In this document: positions 8,060 through 15,589 of the stretch, one piece after another
Layout: the number at the start of each line of letters is the position of its first letter
Numbering within the stretch: position 1 is the first letter of the stretch
Assembly: GCA_034408725.1 (NCBI GenBank)
Contig: JAWXCN010000198.1
Location: forward strand, 1 to 43,685
DNA: 43,685 bases
Direction of reading: 5' to 3'
Source: Candidatus Hydrogenedentota bacterium
GTDB taxonomy: Bacteria > Hydrogenedentota > Hydrogenedentia > Hydrogenedentales > SLHB01
Position numbers and translations under genes: made by a program
The notes under the pieces: model-generated
Seen by the model: the letters and a program-made list of their open reading frames with translations, nothing else
Told to the model about the DNA's origin: nothing
Database searches by the model: none

Positions 8060-9835
8060 TTAGAGGGAATCCATTTTCTTCTGTAGGTCCGATTTTCCGT
8101 CTGTCACAAGCTGGCGTTGAGCCAGAAGCTCGAGTTTTGCCTCGTAGCCAGGCGTCCGCGCGGCGAAAATTTCCGCTTCCAGCTGACGGGCCTCGGGAGA
8201 ATCCGTCTTCAGATCGATAAACGTATACTTCGCGGGACCATCTTGCGCGACGTTTTGATAGATGCCAATGTGGGCACCATCCAACGTGCGGTAATAGATG
8301 CCGTGATTTCCGTTCATCACGCATTCGGCCCAGATGTTCGAATGCGTGCCGAACCGGTCTGTTACGGGAAGCTTCGCGAAGAAATATTCGCGGGACTGGG
8401 AAATCTCGAGTTCCGCGAGGTAAAGCGAAGTGTATTCATCGAGTATCGAGGGCTCGACCCAAGCGGCCGAGCCTGACTTATCTTTTAGGGCCTGGACCCG
8501 GGCGATACGCTCATTACGTGCGTATTTCTCCGGCGTAAGCGGAGAACCTTCCTGCACGGTGATCATCAGGCGGTCGATATTGCTCTCGAGGGTTTCCTTT
8601 GTCATCATGCTGCGGGTGTTCGCGGCCTCAAGTTTGCCAACCTGGTTTTCCAGGCGTTCCGTTTCCGCGGAGAGCCCATCGCGGCGCGCCTGGGTGACGG
8701 CCGTCTCGTTCGCGAGTTGATCAAAATCGGCCTGCGCTGTGACGAATTCCGTGTTGAGCTGTTCGAGCTCGGATTGGACAGTGTCACGTTGTGTGCCCAG
8801 ACTTTGAACTTCGGTGGTCAGGGTTTCCTGTTCCAATCGCTGGGCTTCCAGTTCTTGAGTAACCCGAGCCTGATCCGCAATCAATTGCTCAAGGGCTTCC
8901 GGGGAAACCGTTGTTGTGCCGGAACCTGCCGTAGCCTGGGTAAGATCGGCAACGCGCTTTTTCAGCGTCGTGTTTTCAGTTTCAAGGCTGGCGACCTGTT
9001 CATTCTTTGGGTTAGGCACAAGGGGAAGATATGGACCTAAGCCCATACCGATCAGGATTCCAACGAGTGCCGCAATGCCAGCCCAAAGACCGGCGCGGCC
9101 TTTTTTGGGCGGAGGCCCGCCCGCCAACACCACCGGTCCCATCGAAGGGGGTGGCGTCATCGCCGTTGGCGCATTGGTGTCCGGACCGAAGTCCGGGATT
9201 GGCGTACCTTCGAACCCACCTCGGCTCGCACCTGACGGTCGCGAACTGGGGGCAAACGCATCGGGATCAAACCCGCCAGCATCGGCGGTGAACATCGGTG
9301 TTTGCATTGCCTGCGTAGGAGCAGACGTATCCGCGGCGCTGAACGCGGCGGAACCGCCTCCGAATGCGCTGTCGAACAGTGGCGTATCGATGTCCGACTC
9401 CGGCCCCGGAGGCGCGACTTCTGGCGTTTCTGGGGTGAAATCGCTGTCCGCGGACAAATCCTGGAAACCTGAACCCGAAGGCGTATCAAGGCCGCTATCT
9501 GACGACGGCGTACCGAAGACGGGAGTGCTTCCATAGCCTGCAGGAGACGGCCGAACCGCGCCACCGGTTGGAATAGGTGTTTCAACGGGAATATCGCTGA
9601 TAGGTGGAAGACCGCCGATCGAGATGCGGTCTTTGTCGCTCGAGGGATCGATTGCGCTGAGTGGCGGAAGGCCACTGTCAAAACCGCCACCGCCAGATGA
9701 CGATTCAAAATCACTCAATGGGGGGAGATTGCCCAGTCCGCTATCACCGCCGGTAAGCGCGCCGAAATCACTATCTTCCGGACCGCCTGTACCGAAACCG
9801 TCTGTACCGCCTGATCCCCGCTTTTCATCGGCCAT
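8060..9835 (-). CDS. Hypothetical bitopic membrane protein: acidic Pro/Gly/Ser-rich N-terminus, one TM helix, long coiled coil, globular C-terminus
   Basis: Start re-assigned to ATG 9835 (MADEKRG) with GGAGGT upstream. KKGR precedes the hydrophobic AGLWAGIAALVGILIGMGLG. A heptad-rich E/Q/L segment follows. Confidence 0.85.
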   Translation of the reverse strand: MADEKRGSGGTDGFGTGGPEDSDFGALTGGDSGLGNLPPLSDFESSSGGGGFDSGLPPLSAIDPSSDKDRISIGGLPPISDIPVETPIPTGGAVRPSPAGYGSTPVFGTPSSDSGLDTPSGSGFQDLSADSDFTPETPEVAPPGPESDIDTPLFDSAFGGGSAAFSAADTSAPTQAMQTPMFTADAGGFDPDAFAPSSRPSGASRGGFEGTPIPDFGPDTNAPTAMTPPPSMGPVVLAGGPPPKKGRAGLWAGIAALVGILIGMGLGPYLPLVPNPKNEQVASLETENTTLKKRVADLTQATAGSGTTTVSPEALEQLIADQARVTQELEAQRLEQETLTTEVQSLGTQRDTVQSELEQLNTEFVTAQADFDQLANETAVTQARRDGLSAETERLENQVGKLEAANTRSMMTKETLESNIDRLMITVQEGSPLTPEKYARNERIARVQALKDKSGSAAWVEPSILDEYTSLYLAELEISQSREYFFAKLPVTDRFGTHSNIWAECVMNGNHGIYYRTLDGAHIGIYQNVAQDGPAKYTFIDLKTDSPEARQLEAEIFAARTPGYEAKLELLAQRQLVTDGKSDLQKKMDSL

Positions 9836-9887
9836 GAGACCCACCTCCGTACCGTATGGACACGACGCACCGTATTGGTGCAAAGCG

Positions 9888-9916
9888 ATTGTAACATGCC
9901 CCTTTTGGAGTGTCAA
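9888..9916 (-). promoter_or_regulatory. Near-consensus sigma70 promoter with extended -10
   Basis: Minus strand TTGACA (9916-9911), 17-nt spacer ending in TGT, TACAAT (9893-9888). Confidence 0.8.
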
Positions 9917-10065
9917 CAATAGTTAGTTGAAAACGATGCTGTGAAAAGGCGTGCAACCTCAAGCCTCCCGGACTTCTGCATTGTCCGTGAGACACGAGCG
10001 CCCGAGCCTCGGTAGTTGTGAAAACTGCGAAAGCTTTTTGCATTGTTCATTGACAAGGGCGCCAC

Positions 10066-10482
10066 CTACCCGGCTACTACGCCAATCGTCAAAAGCAGGT
10101 TCGCGTAGATACGTTGGTCGCCTGTAACGATTTGAAGGCACGTATCCGGTCCTGACGCTTCTTCGTAGAATTCAAAGCGGCCAAAGCGGGTCAATTCAAT
10201 ACCGGTAAGCAGATGGGCGAAGTCCCGGAAAATCGGCGGCTCGGGACCATCTTCCGGCTCCATGACGGCGGCGTCTTCGATGGGAATTGCCGTTGTTAAC
10301 ACGGACAGGATGTCCGTGACTTTGAGAAGGCCCGGCGAGAGGTTCAGATAAACCAGCGCCGCGTTGTCACCAATGCGGGTGCTGGCGGGATAGTTCCCAT
10401 CTGTAATGAGCACGCGCGCGCCGTGACCTGCCGCAGCCAATGCTTCAAGAATGTCGGGGTGAAGTAGGCGTTGTTTCAGCAT
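10066..10482 (-). CDS. RbsD/FucU family sugar pyranase/mutarotase
   Basis: MLK..LLHP.IL.ALA.AGHG..VLITDGNYP and RFEFYE.A......IVTGDQRIYANLLL.IGVV signatures. Confidence 0.88.
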   Translation of the reverse strand: MLKQRLLHPDILEALAAAGHGARVLITDGNYPASTRIGDNAALVYLNLSPGLLKVTDILSVLTTAIPIEDAAVMEPEDGPEPPIFRDFAHLLTGIELTRFGRFEFYEEASGPDTCLQIVTGDQRIYANLLLTIGVVAG

Positions 10483-10494
10483 GGGATGTGTAGT

Positions 10495-12264
10495 TCACTC
10501 CGTTGTGGGTTGTTGGACTTGTTGCGGGGGAACTGTGACTTTGGCTGCGTCTGGCGCAGTGGGAGTATTTTGGTTCTGCTGACGATTCTCGAGTTCGTCA
10601 AACTGTTGTTTCAATGCCGGTATGCGGTCTTTCCCTTCCTGGAGCAGTTTCGCGGCGTCGTCTTTCTGGCCGGCGTCCAACAGCAGCCGGGTATATTCGA
10701 TGTATGTGCGGCCCAGCATTGCGGCATTCGAATCGGTAGCTTCCAGCCGCCTGAGTGTTTCGTAATGGCGCGCGGCACGGTCTGGCCGATTTTCACGTTG
10801 ATAAATCCGGGCGAGCGAAAGATGGGCTTCCATCTCGTCCTGATAGACGTCTGCAGTCCCCGTGTCAATTTTTCGTTGTTGGTAGAGTGCGAGGACCTCC
10901 TCGAAATGACGGCGAGCGCCGGAAAGGTTTCCAATCAAATCCTCGTAGGTAACACCGAGATTGTAGTGAACCCGAATTGAGTTTGGGTTACTTTCCAATG
11001 TCGCTGAATATATGGTCTGATTGTTGCGCCAATCATGGTTTCGTTCCGTTGTAATCAGTGTTAGCACGAGTATAGCAGCATAGGATGCGGCATAGAGCGC
11101 GTAGCGCAACGGTGTTGGGCCCACGGCGAGCCAGGCCAATTCATATAGCGCCCAGACGAAACCAAACATGGGCAGATACATCCAATGTTCCGCCATGGGC
11201 GCGTTTAGCGGGAAAATACCGGAAACTGGAAACCAGGTGATGAGAAAAAATCCGAGGGCGAAGGCCAGCCGCTGCTTGCGCGTGACGACCGCGCCGATAG
11301 CCAGCAAAATCAGCAAACCGAACATTGCCCAACCGAGAACTGCAACCCAGCCCGGCACTCCGGCCAGGGTCCGTTCCATGTGCAACCCTGTTGGAACGAA
11401 CATGAGTTTGAGATAGAGCGCGAGCGCCTGGCCTGCGTCCAAGATTCGTTGGGAAAACGGCGGCGCGGCGCCCGTGCCGGTGGCATCGGAAAAGCGCAGG
11501 ACGGTCATCCGCAGCGCGGCGTACACGCCAAGAATCACACCTGATACGACGAGGGGGCTGATGAGGGAGCGGCGTTTCGGTTCGCCATTCTCCATTTCGC
11601 GTGGTTTTCGCAATACGACGGCTGCGCACAGCAGGACCACGGGAAAAATTAACGCGGATTCCTTGCTGAGCAACGCCAGGGCAAAAAAAACGCCACACCA
11701 CAGCGCCGGTCGTTTCAACGTCATCGAGAGCGCGCAACAGAGCGCTGCAAGTAGAAACGCAGCAGCCATGGAATCGGCGCGTCCGCTGATGTACGCAACG
11801 GCTTCGGTGTGCAAAGGATGCACTGCATACAGCAATGGCGCCAGTGCGCGGACCGCCCGCGGCGTATCCAGAATCGTCAGTAGCCCGAAGAACAATACCG
11901 CAACGAGGGCATGCCAGAAGGTGTTGCTCACGTGGAAGATAAAAGGACTTAGCACCTGCAATGGGGCCATCCCGCCCTCGACTGGCGCGGGTGGCCTTGA
12001 ACACCAATACTCGATCATGAACGATAAGGACACGAGCGGGCGGTAGAAATTGCCCTGGCCACGGCCAAATGCGTGCTGGTCTTCCATGAACAGTCTAAGA
12101 AACTTCGAGGGGTCCTGCACGTGTTCGTGCAGGATGATCGACGAAGCGTCGTCCCAAACGAAATCATTCGTAAAGGTATTTGCATAAGCCAACAGCGCCG
12201 CGAACACAATGAGTGCGGACACACACCAACGGAATTGTTTTTCGGTCATTGCCGCCGTCGCCAT
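10495..12264 (-). CDS. TMTC-like GT-C membrane glycosyltransferase with C-terminal TPRs
   Basis: FVWDD acidic loop, YRPL, HPLHTEAVAYISGRAD, ALLSKES, AEHWMYLP, RN.DW, then TPRs (HYNLGVTY, AHLSLARIY). Many TM segments. Alternative start 12249 gives an ATGA overlap. Confidence 0.85.
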   Translation of the reverse strand: MATAAMTEKQFRWCVSALIVFAALLAYANTFTNDFVWDDASSIILHEHVQDPSKFLRLFMEDQHAFGRGQGNFYRPLVSLSFMIEYWCSRPPAPVEGGMAPLQVLSPFIFHVSNTFWHALVAVLFFGLLTILDTPRAVRALAPLLYAVHPLHTEAVAYISGRADSMAAAFLLAALCCALSMTLKRPALWCGVFFALALLSKESALIFPVVLLCAAVVLRKPREMENGEPKRRSLISPLVVSGVILGVYAALRMTVLRFSDATGTGAAPPFSQRILDAGQALALYLKLMFVPTGLHMERTLAGVPGWVAVLGWAMFGLLILLAIGAVVTRKQRLAFALGFFLITWFPVSGIFPLNAPMAEHWMYLPMFGFVWALYELAWLAVGPTPLRYALYAASYAAILVLTLITTERNHDWRNNQTIYSATLESNPNSIRVHYNLGVTYEDLIGNLSGARRHFEEVLALYQQRKIDTGTADVYQDEMEAHLSLARIYQRENRPDRAARHYETLRRLEATDSNAAMLGRTYIEYTRLLLDAGQKDDAAKLLQEGKDRIPALKQQFDELENRQQNQNTPTAPDAAKVTVPPQQVQQPTTE

Positions 12265-12911
12265 GATGGGCTATAAATCTCTATTTCGTCGCCGGTCACC
12301 ACGTAGATGAGCCGGATTCCCGCTTTATTCCCAATCGTTTTCTCGAATCGCAGGTTCAGAAATTCTTCACCTTCCCGCACTTGTACATGGTGCACTTTGC
12401 CGTCCTCGGGTGTAAATACTTCCAGGAAAGCATATATAGTCCGGGTTTCGGTATCGCGTGGTTCGTACCAGCCGCGGATAACGACGACGGGCCGATTTTT
12501 CACCATCTCGCCCCATTTTTCGAAACGGGGCAGGCGGGCATTATTCGGGTCAAGGCGCCGGACGATATCGCAAAGGAGCAATACGAGCGCGCCATTCTGT
12601 GTGTCGCGCGCCGCGCGGAGAGAGTCCTCGAGCTGGTTGATGACGCGGTTTACGCCTTCGGGATAAGCCGGGGACGATGACAACTTCTGGCGCGCTTCCT
12701 CCAGCCGGGTGCCATATAACCCGCTCAATTCTGGCGCCACGGGAGAATCGGCGTTGGCGGTTTCCACCAATTCATAGAGCGGCGCAAGAATCGCGTTAAA
12801 CTGCGCCTGAATGTTGTCCGCGGAAGGCGGTGGCGGCGAGCCTGGCGGCTGCGCGGAACCCGTGCCATTTTCCCGGCAACCCGCTAGCAGCAGCAAGACA
12901 AACGCGCACAC
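12246..12911 (-). CDS. Hypothetical lipoprotein; paralog of 12993-13619
   Basis: LLLLAG-C lipobox, Pro-rich linker, helical region, C-terminal beta domain with VQVREGEEF. The true start may be 12950 (see findings). Confidence 0.8.
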   Translation of the reverse strand: MCAFVLLLLAGCRENGTGSAQPPGSPPPPSADNIQAQFNAILAPLYELVETANADSPVAPELSGLYGTRLEEARQKLSSSPAYPEGVNRVINQLEDSLRAARDTQNGALVLLLCDIVRRLDPNNARLPRFEKWGEMVKNRPVVVIRGWYEPRDTETRTIYAFLEVFTPEDGKVHHVQVREGEEFLNLRFEKTIGNKAGIRLIYVVTGDEIEIYSPSWRRRQ

Positions 12912-12992
12912 CTTCAGCGATGCAAAACTCCGTCCGCGGCTCGTAATCGTAGTTCAACCTCCGTCTTCCCAATCGGTGATGTACGCGAACGG

Positions 12993-13619
12993 TTACTGGG
13001 ACACTCCTTTGACCGCAAAGCTTTGATCCGTTTTCATGTATTTAATCTGTACGCCTTCATCATTTCCAAGAATCTTTTCGAGCAGTAATCCAAAAAATTC
13101 TTCGCCCTCGCGGACCTGCACGTCCTTTTGCTCATTCGTCTCCGGCAGGTACACGTCCATGAAAACGGTTGAAACGCCGTCCACTTCGAATATCCCGCGA
13201 ACGGTCACGATGGGTTTGTTCTTTTCCGCGATCGCCCGCTCTCGATAGCGCACGACTCGGGTGTTGCCGGGGTCAAGAAGGTCGGTGGCGTCGCAGAGCG
13301 ACAAGACCGCCTGCCACTGTTCGCCATCGTACGCGGCTTTAAGGGCGGCCTTGATATCGGTCTCGACCTTGGCGCGGGCTTTTTCACCGTTGACTTGCGT
13401 CCTCAGTTTTCCAAGCTCGCTGCCCAAGGTGGCAGGGAGGGCGACCTGGCTTGCCGGGTCATTATTCATAAACGGCCGTACAGCATTCATAACCTGCCCG
13501 TGCAATTGTTCCGCGGAAGGAGGCGGGGGCGGTGGCGGTGTTGGGGGCGGAGGCGGCTCTCTTTCACACGCGGTAAGCCACAGAAGACACACGGTGACGG
13601 TTATCAAACAACGTTTCAT
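12993..13619 (-). CDS. Hypothetical lipoprotein with a poly-proline linker; paralog of 12246-12911
   Basis: Start re-assigned to ATG 13619 (AAGGA upstream). MKRCLITVTVCLLWLTA-C lipobox, PPPPPTPPPPPPPSAE, VQVREGEEF. Confidence 0.8.
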   Translation of the reverse strand: MKRCLITVTVCLLWLTACEREPPPPPTPPPPPPPSAEQLHGQVMNAVRPFMNNDPASQVALPATLGSELGKLRTQVNGEKARAKVETDIKAALKAAYDGEQWQAVLSLCDATDLLDPGNTRVVRYRERAIAEKNKPIVTVRGIFEVDGVSTVFMDVYLPETNEQKDVQVREGEEFFGLLLEKILGNDEGVQIKYMKTDQSFAVKGVSQ

Positions 13620-13808
13620 CGAAATGGCATCCTTATATAACTTACGCTGGCCCGCATGAGTACCCGCAGCATGGATATCGCCGCAAAAAGTATACGTGCC
13701 TCGAATAGCGTTCCACAACTCTTTTGTTGACAAGTTGCCGATTCGCCACTCTTCCGACTATCATATAAGCGTAGGCGGTATTTCAATGTGGCGTTTTCAG
13801 GGGGTTAG

Positions 13809-14741
13809 ATGAGCAAGATTCTCCTAGTGGATGATGATGTCGATCTCGCGGAACTGGTGAAGACAAAGCTGTCCGCCGAGGGCCACGAAGTGCATGTAAT
13901 TCACACGGGAGATGGGGCATTCGAGAAGGCCAAGGAACTTCGGCCGGATACCGCCATTCTCGATATTATGCTTCCGGGTGTGACGGGTTATCAGATATGC
14001 CGCCGGCTTCGCAAGGACCCCGAACTTTACCGGATCGGTATTTTGATTTTGACGGCGCTGGGCGAAGAGCCGGAGGTCATGCATGGTTTGGAACAGGGTG
14101 CGGACGATTTTCTGGCGAAACCTTTCAAGTTAGACAACCTGACGGAAAAGATCAGCGCGTTGGGCGCGTTGCAGGAAACGGTTGTCAAACACAATGCGCT
14201 AACCAACCTTCCCGGCACGGAAGCGATCAAACGTGAAGTGAACCACCGGTTGGCGCGCGGCATGGCGATCGCCTGCTGTTACATCGATATGGTCGGCTTC
14301 AAGCCCTATTGCGTCGCGTATGGGCAACAGGGCCAGAAGCGCGCGCTCGAATTCATGTCGCACTTGTTGACGAAGCTGACGCACAACATCGGCCTCTACG
14401 AAAGTTTTATTGCGCACCTTGGCGGGGAGCATTTCGTTGTGTTGGTGAATATCGAGGACTACGAGCGGTTCTGCAGCACGCTAATGCAAATGTTTGACCA
14501 GAGCGTAGGCCAGATTTATTCGCCCCAGGAAGTCCAACGGGGGTACATCATCGCGACGGACAAGCATAACCGCGAAGCGAAATATCCGTTGATGCTGCTT
14601 TCGATCGGTGTGGCGCATACCCAGTTCCGGCATTACAAGAGCGCGAAAAAACTGTTTGAGGTGCTTGCGCAAACGCGCCAGATGGCGCAGCCCAAAGGCA
14701 AGAGCTGCGTGTTTGTGGACCGCCGCCAGACCGATCGGTAG
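13809..14741 (+). CDS. Response regulator: REC domain plus degenerate GGDEF-like domain
   Basis: ILLVDDD, ILDIMLP (phospho-Asp), LTA, GADDFLAKPF. Then NALTNLPG..YIDMVGFK..HLGGEHF..LSIGVA. Confidence 0.85.
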   Translation: MSKILLVDDDVDLAELVKTKLSAEGHEVHVIHTGDGAFEKAKELRPDTAILDIMLPGVTGYQICRRLRKDPELYRIGILILTALGEEPEVMHGLEQGADDFLAKPFKLDNLTEKISALGALQETVVKHNALTNLPGTEAIKREVNHRLARGMAIACCYIDMVGFKPYCVAYGQQGQKRALEFMSHLLTKLTHNIGLYESFIAHLGGEHFVVLVNIEDYERFCSTLMQMFDQSVGQIYSPQEVQRGYIIATDKHNREAKYPLMLLSIGVAHTQFRHYKSAKKLFEVLAQTRQMAQPKGKSCVFVDRRQTDR

Positions 14742-14754
14742 CACGCAACGACTG

Positions 14755-15471
14755 TTACAGCGTGCGGGACACCCAGTGATCTTTAATTTCCGAGACTATG
14801 GCTGCGAGTGACTCGTTATCCTGGAGCGCGTCCGAGGCATTCATGGGGTCGATAAACATCAGCCCGTATTTTCCGGCATGGTTATGACGAACTTCAGCAA
14901 CGAAATTGGCGGTCCGCCCGTCGAGTTGAATTTTAATTTTGTGGCCCGAATTTAAATCCAGGCCCGGATCGTCGGGAAATTCAACGAGCATGCCGCCAGA
15001 GCTTAGGTCGATAATAGTCGGTTCAAGGACGCGATACCCTTGCTCTTCCACCTGTACCCGCATCCTGACTTGATCGATTAAAGGAACCCGGAATGATCGG
15101 CGCAAATCGGGTTGAAGAATGAATGGCGGTATGGTAAGGGTCAGCGTGCCCGAGCTCGCGCCGGGTAGAAAACCGATTACTGCGCCGACAAATACGTGCA
15201 GCCGATCCTCCATGACAAACGACACAACACTCGGCGTGAGTTTTTCGAATATGGCGGCGGCCTGGCCAACGACGTCGAAAGTTACGGCATCTGCGAGGAC
15301 CGCCGAAAAATTTCCCGTCACGGCCGAACCGGTGAAAGGAGACGCGACTATCACGTGGATTCGCCGCGCACAACACGCTTTGAGCGCGGGGAACACGTCA
15401 CCGCTGATTAGCTTCGAATTCAATTCCGGCGAAAACACCATCCCGCTCCTTTTCCGGCGCGCGGTTCCCAC
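14755..15471 (-). CDS. PilZ domain protein (c-di-GMP receptor)
   Basis: RRSFR (RxxxR) and DLSSGG (DxSxxG) motifs, then VRH..YGLMF. GTG start with GAGGA upstream. Confidence 0.85.
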   Translation of the reverse strand: MGTARRKRSGMVFSPELNSKLISGDVFPALKACCARRIHVIVASPFTGSAVTGNFSAVLADAVTFDVVGQAAAIFEKLTPSVVSFVMEDRLHVFVGAVIGFLPGASSGTLTLTIPPFILQPDLRRSFRVPLIDQVRMRVQVEEQGYRVLEPTIIDLSSGGMLVEFPDDPGLDLNSGHKIKIQLDGRTANFVAEVRHNHAGKYGLMFIDPMNASDALQDNESLAAIVSEIKDHWVSRTL

Positions 15472-15508
15472 CGCGCTTTCCTCACCCGCTAAATTAATTG
15501 TGACCTGT

Positions 15509-15537
15509 AGGATACGGCTTGGAATTTGTCAGCGCAA
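15509..15537 (-). promoter_or_regulatory. Putative promoter of the PilZ gene
   Basis: Minus strand TTGCGC, 17-nt spacer, TATCCT. Confidence 0.4.
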
Positions 15538-15551
15538 TCCCGCTTTGCTAG

Positions 15552-15581
15552 TTGAGAAACCTTCGAGTTGAAGGGTATAGT
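15552..15581 (+). promoter_or_regulatory. Putative promoter of the MEMO1-family gene
   Basis: TTGAGA (15552-15557), 18-nt spacer, TATAGT (15576-15581), ending 8 nt before the ATG. Confidence 0.55.
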
Positions 15582-15589
15582 GTCGCGTC

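Noticed and set aside
751-10032. Identical 12-mer AAAACTGCGAAA at 751-762 and 10021-10032 in two intergenic regions
   Set aside because: It is non-palindromic and A-rich, and sits at different positions relative to the promoters. One such match is plausible by chance.
9825-10043. 72-aa ORF or structured RNA upstream of the coiled-coil protein gene
   Set aside because: The ORF runs across a near-consensus promoter and lacks an RBS. A partial resemblance to a c-di-GMP-I riboswitch is on the wrong strand and lacks the core motifs.
13518-13558. GGC/GGT-rich repeat tract
   Set aside because: It encodes the poly-proline linker of the lipoprotein and is not an independent repeat element.
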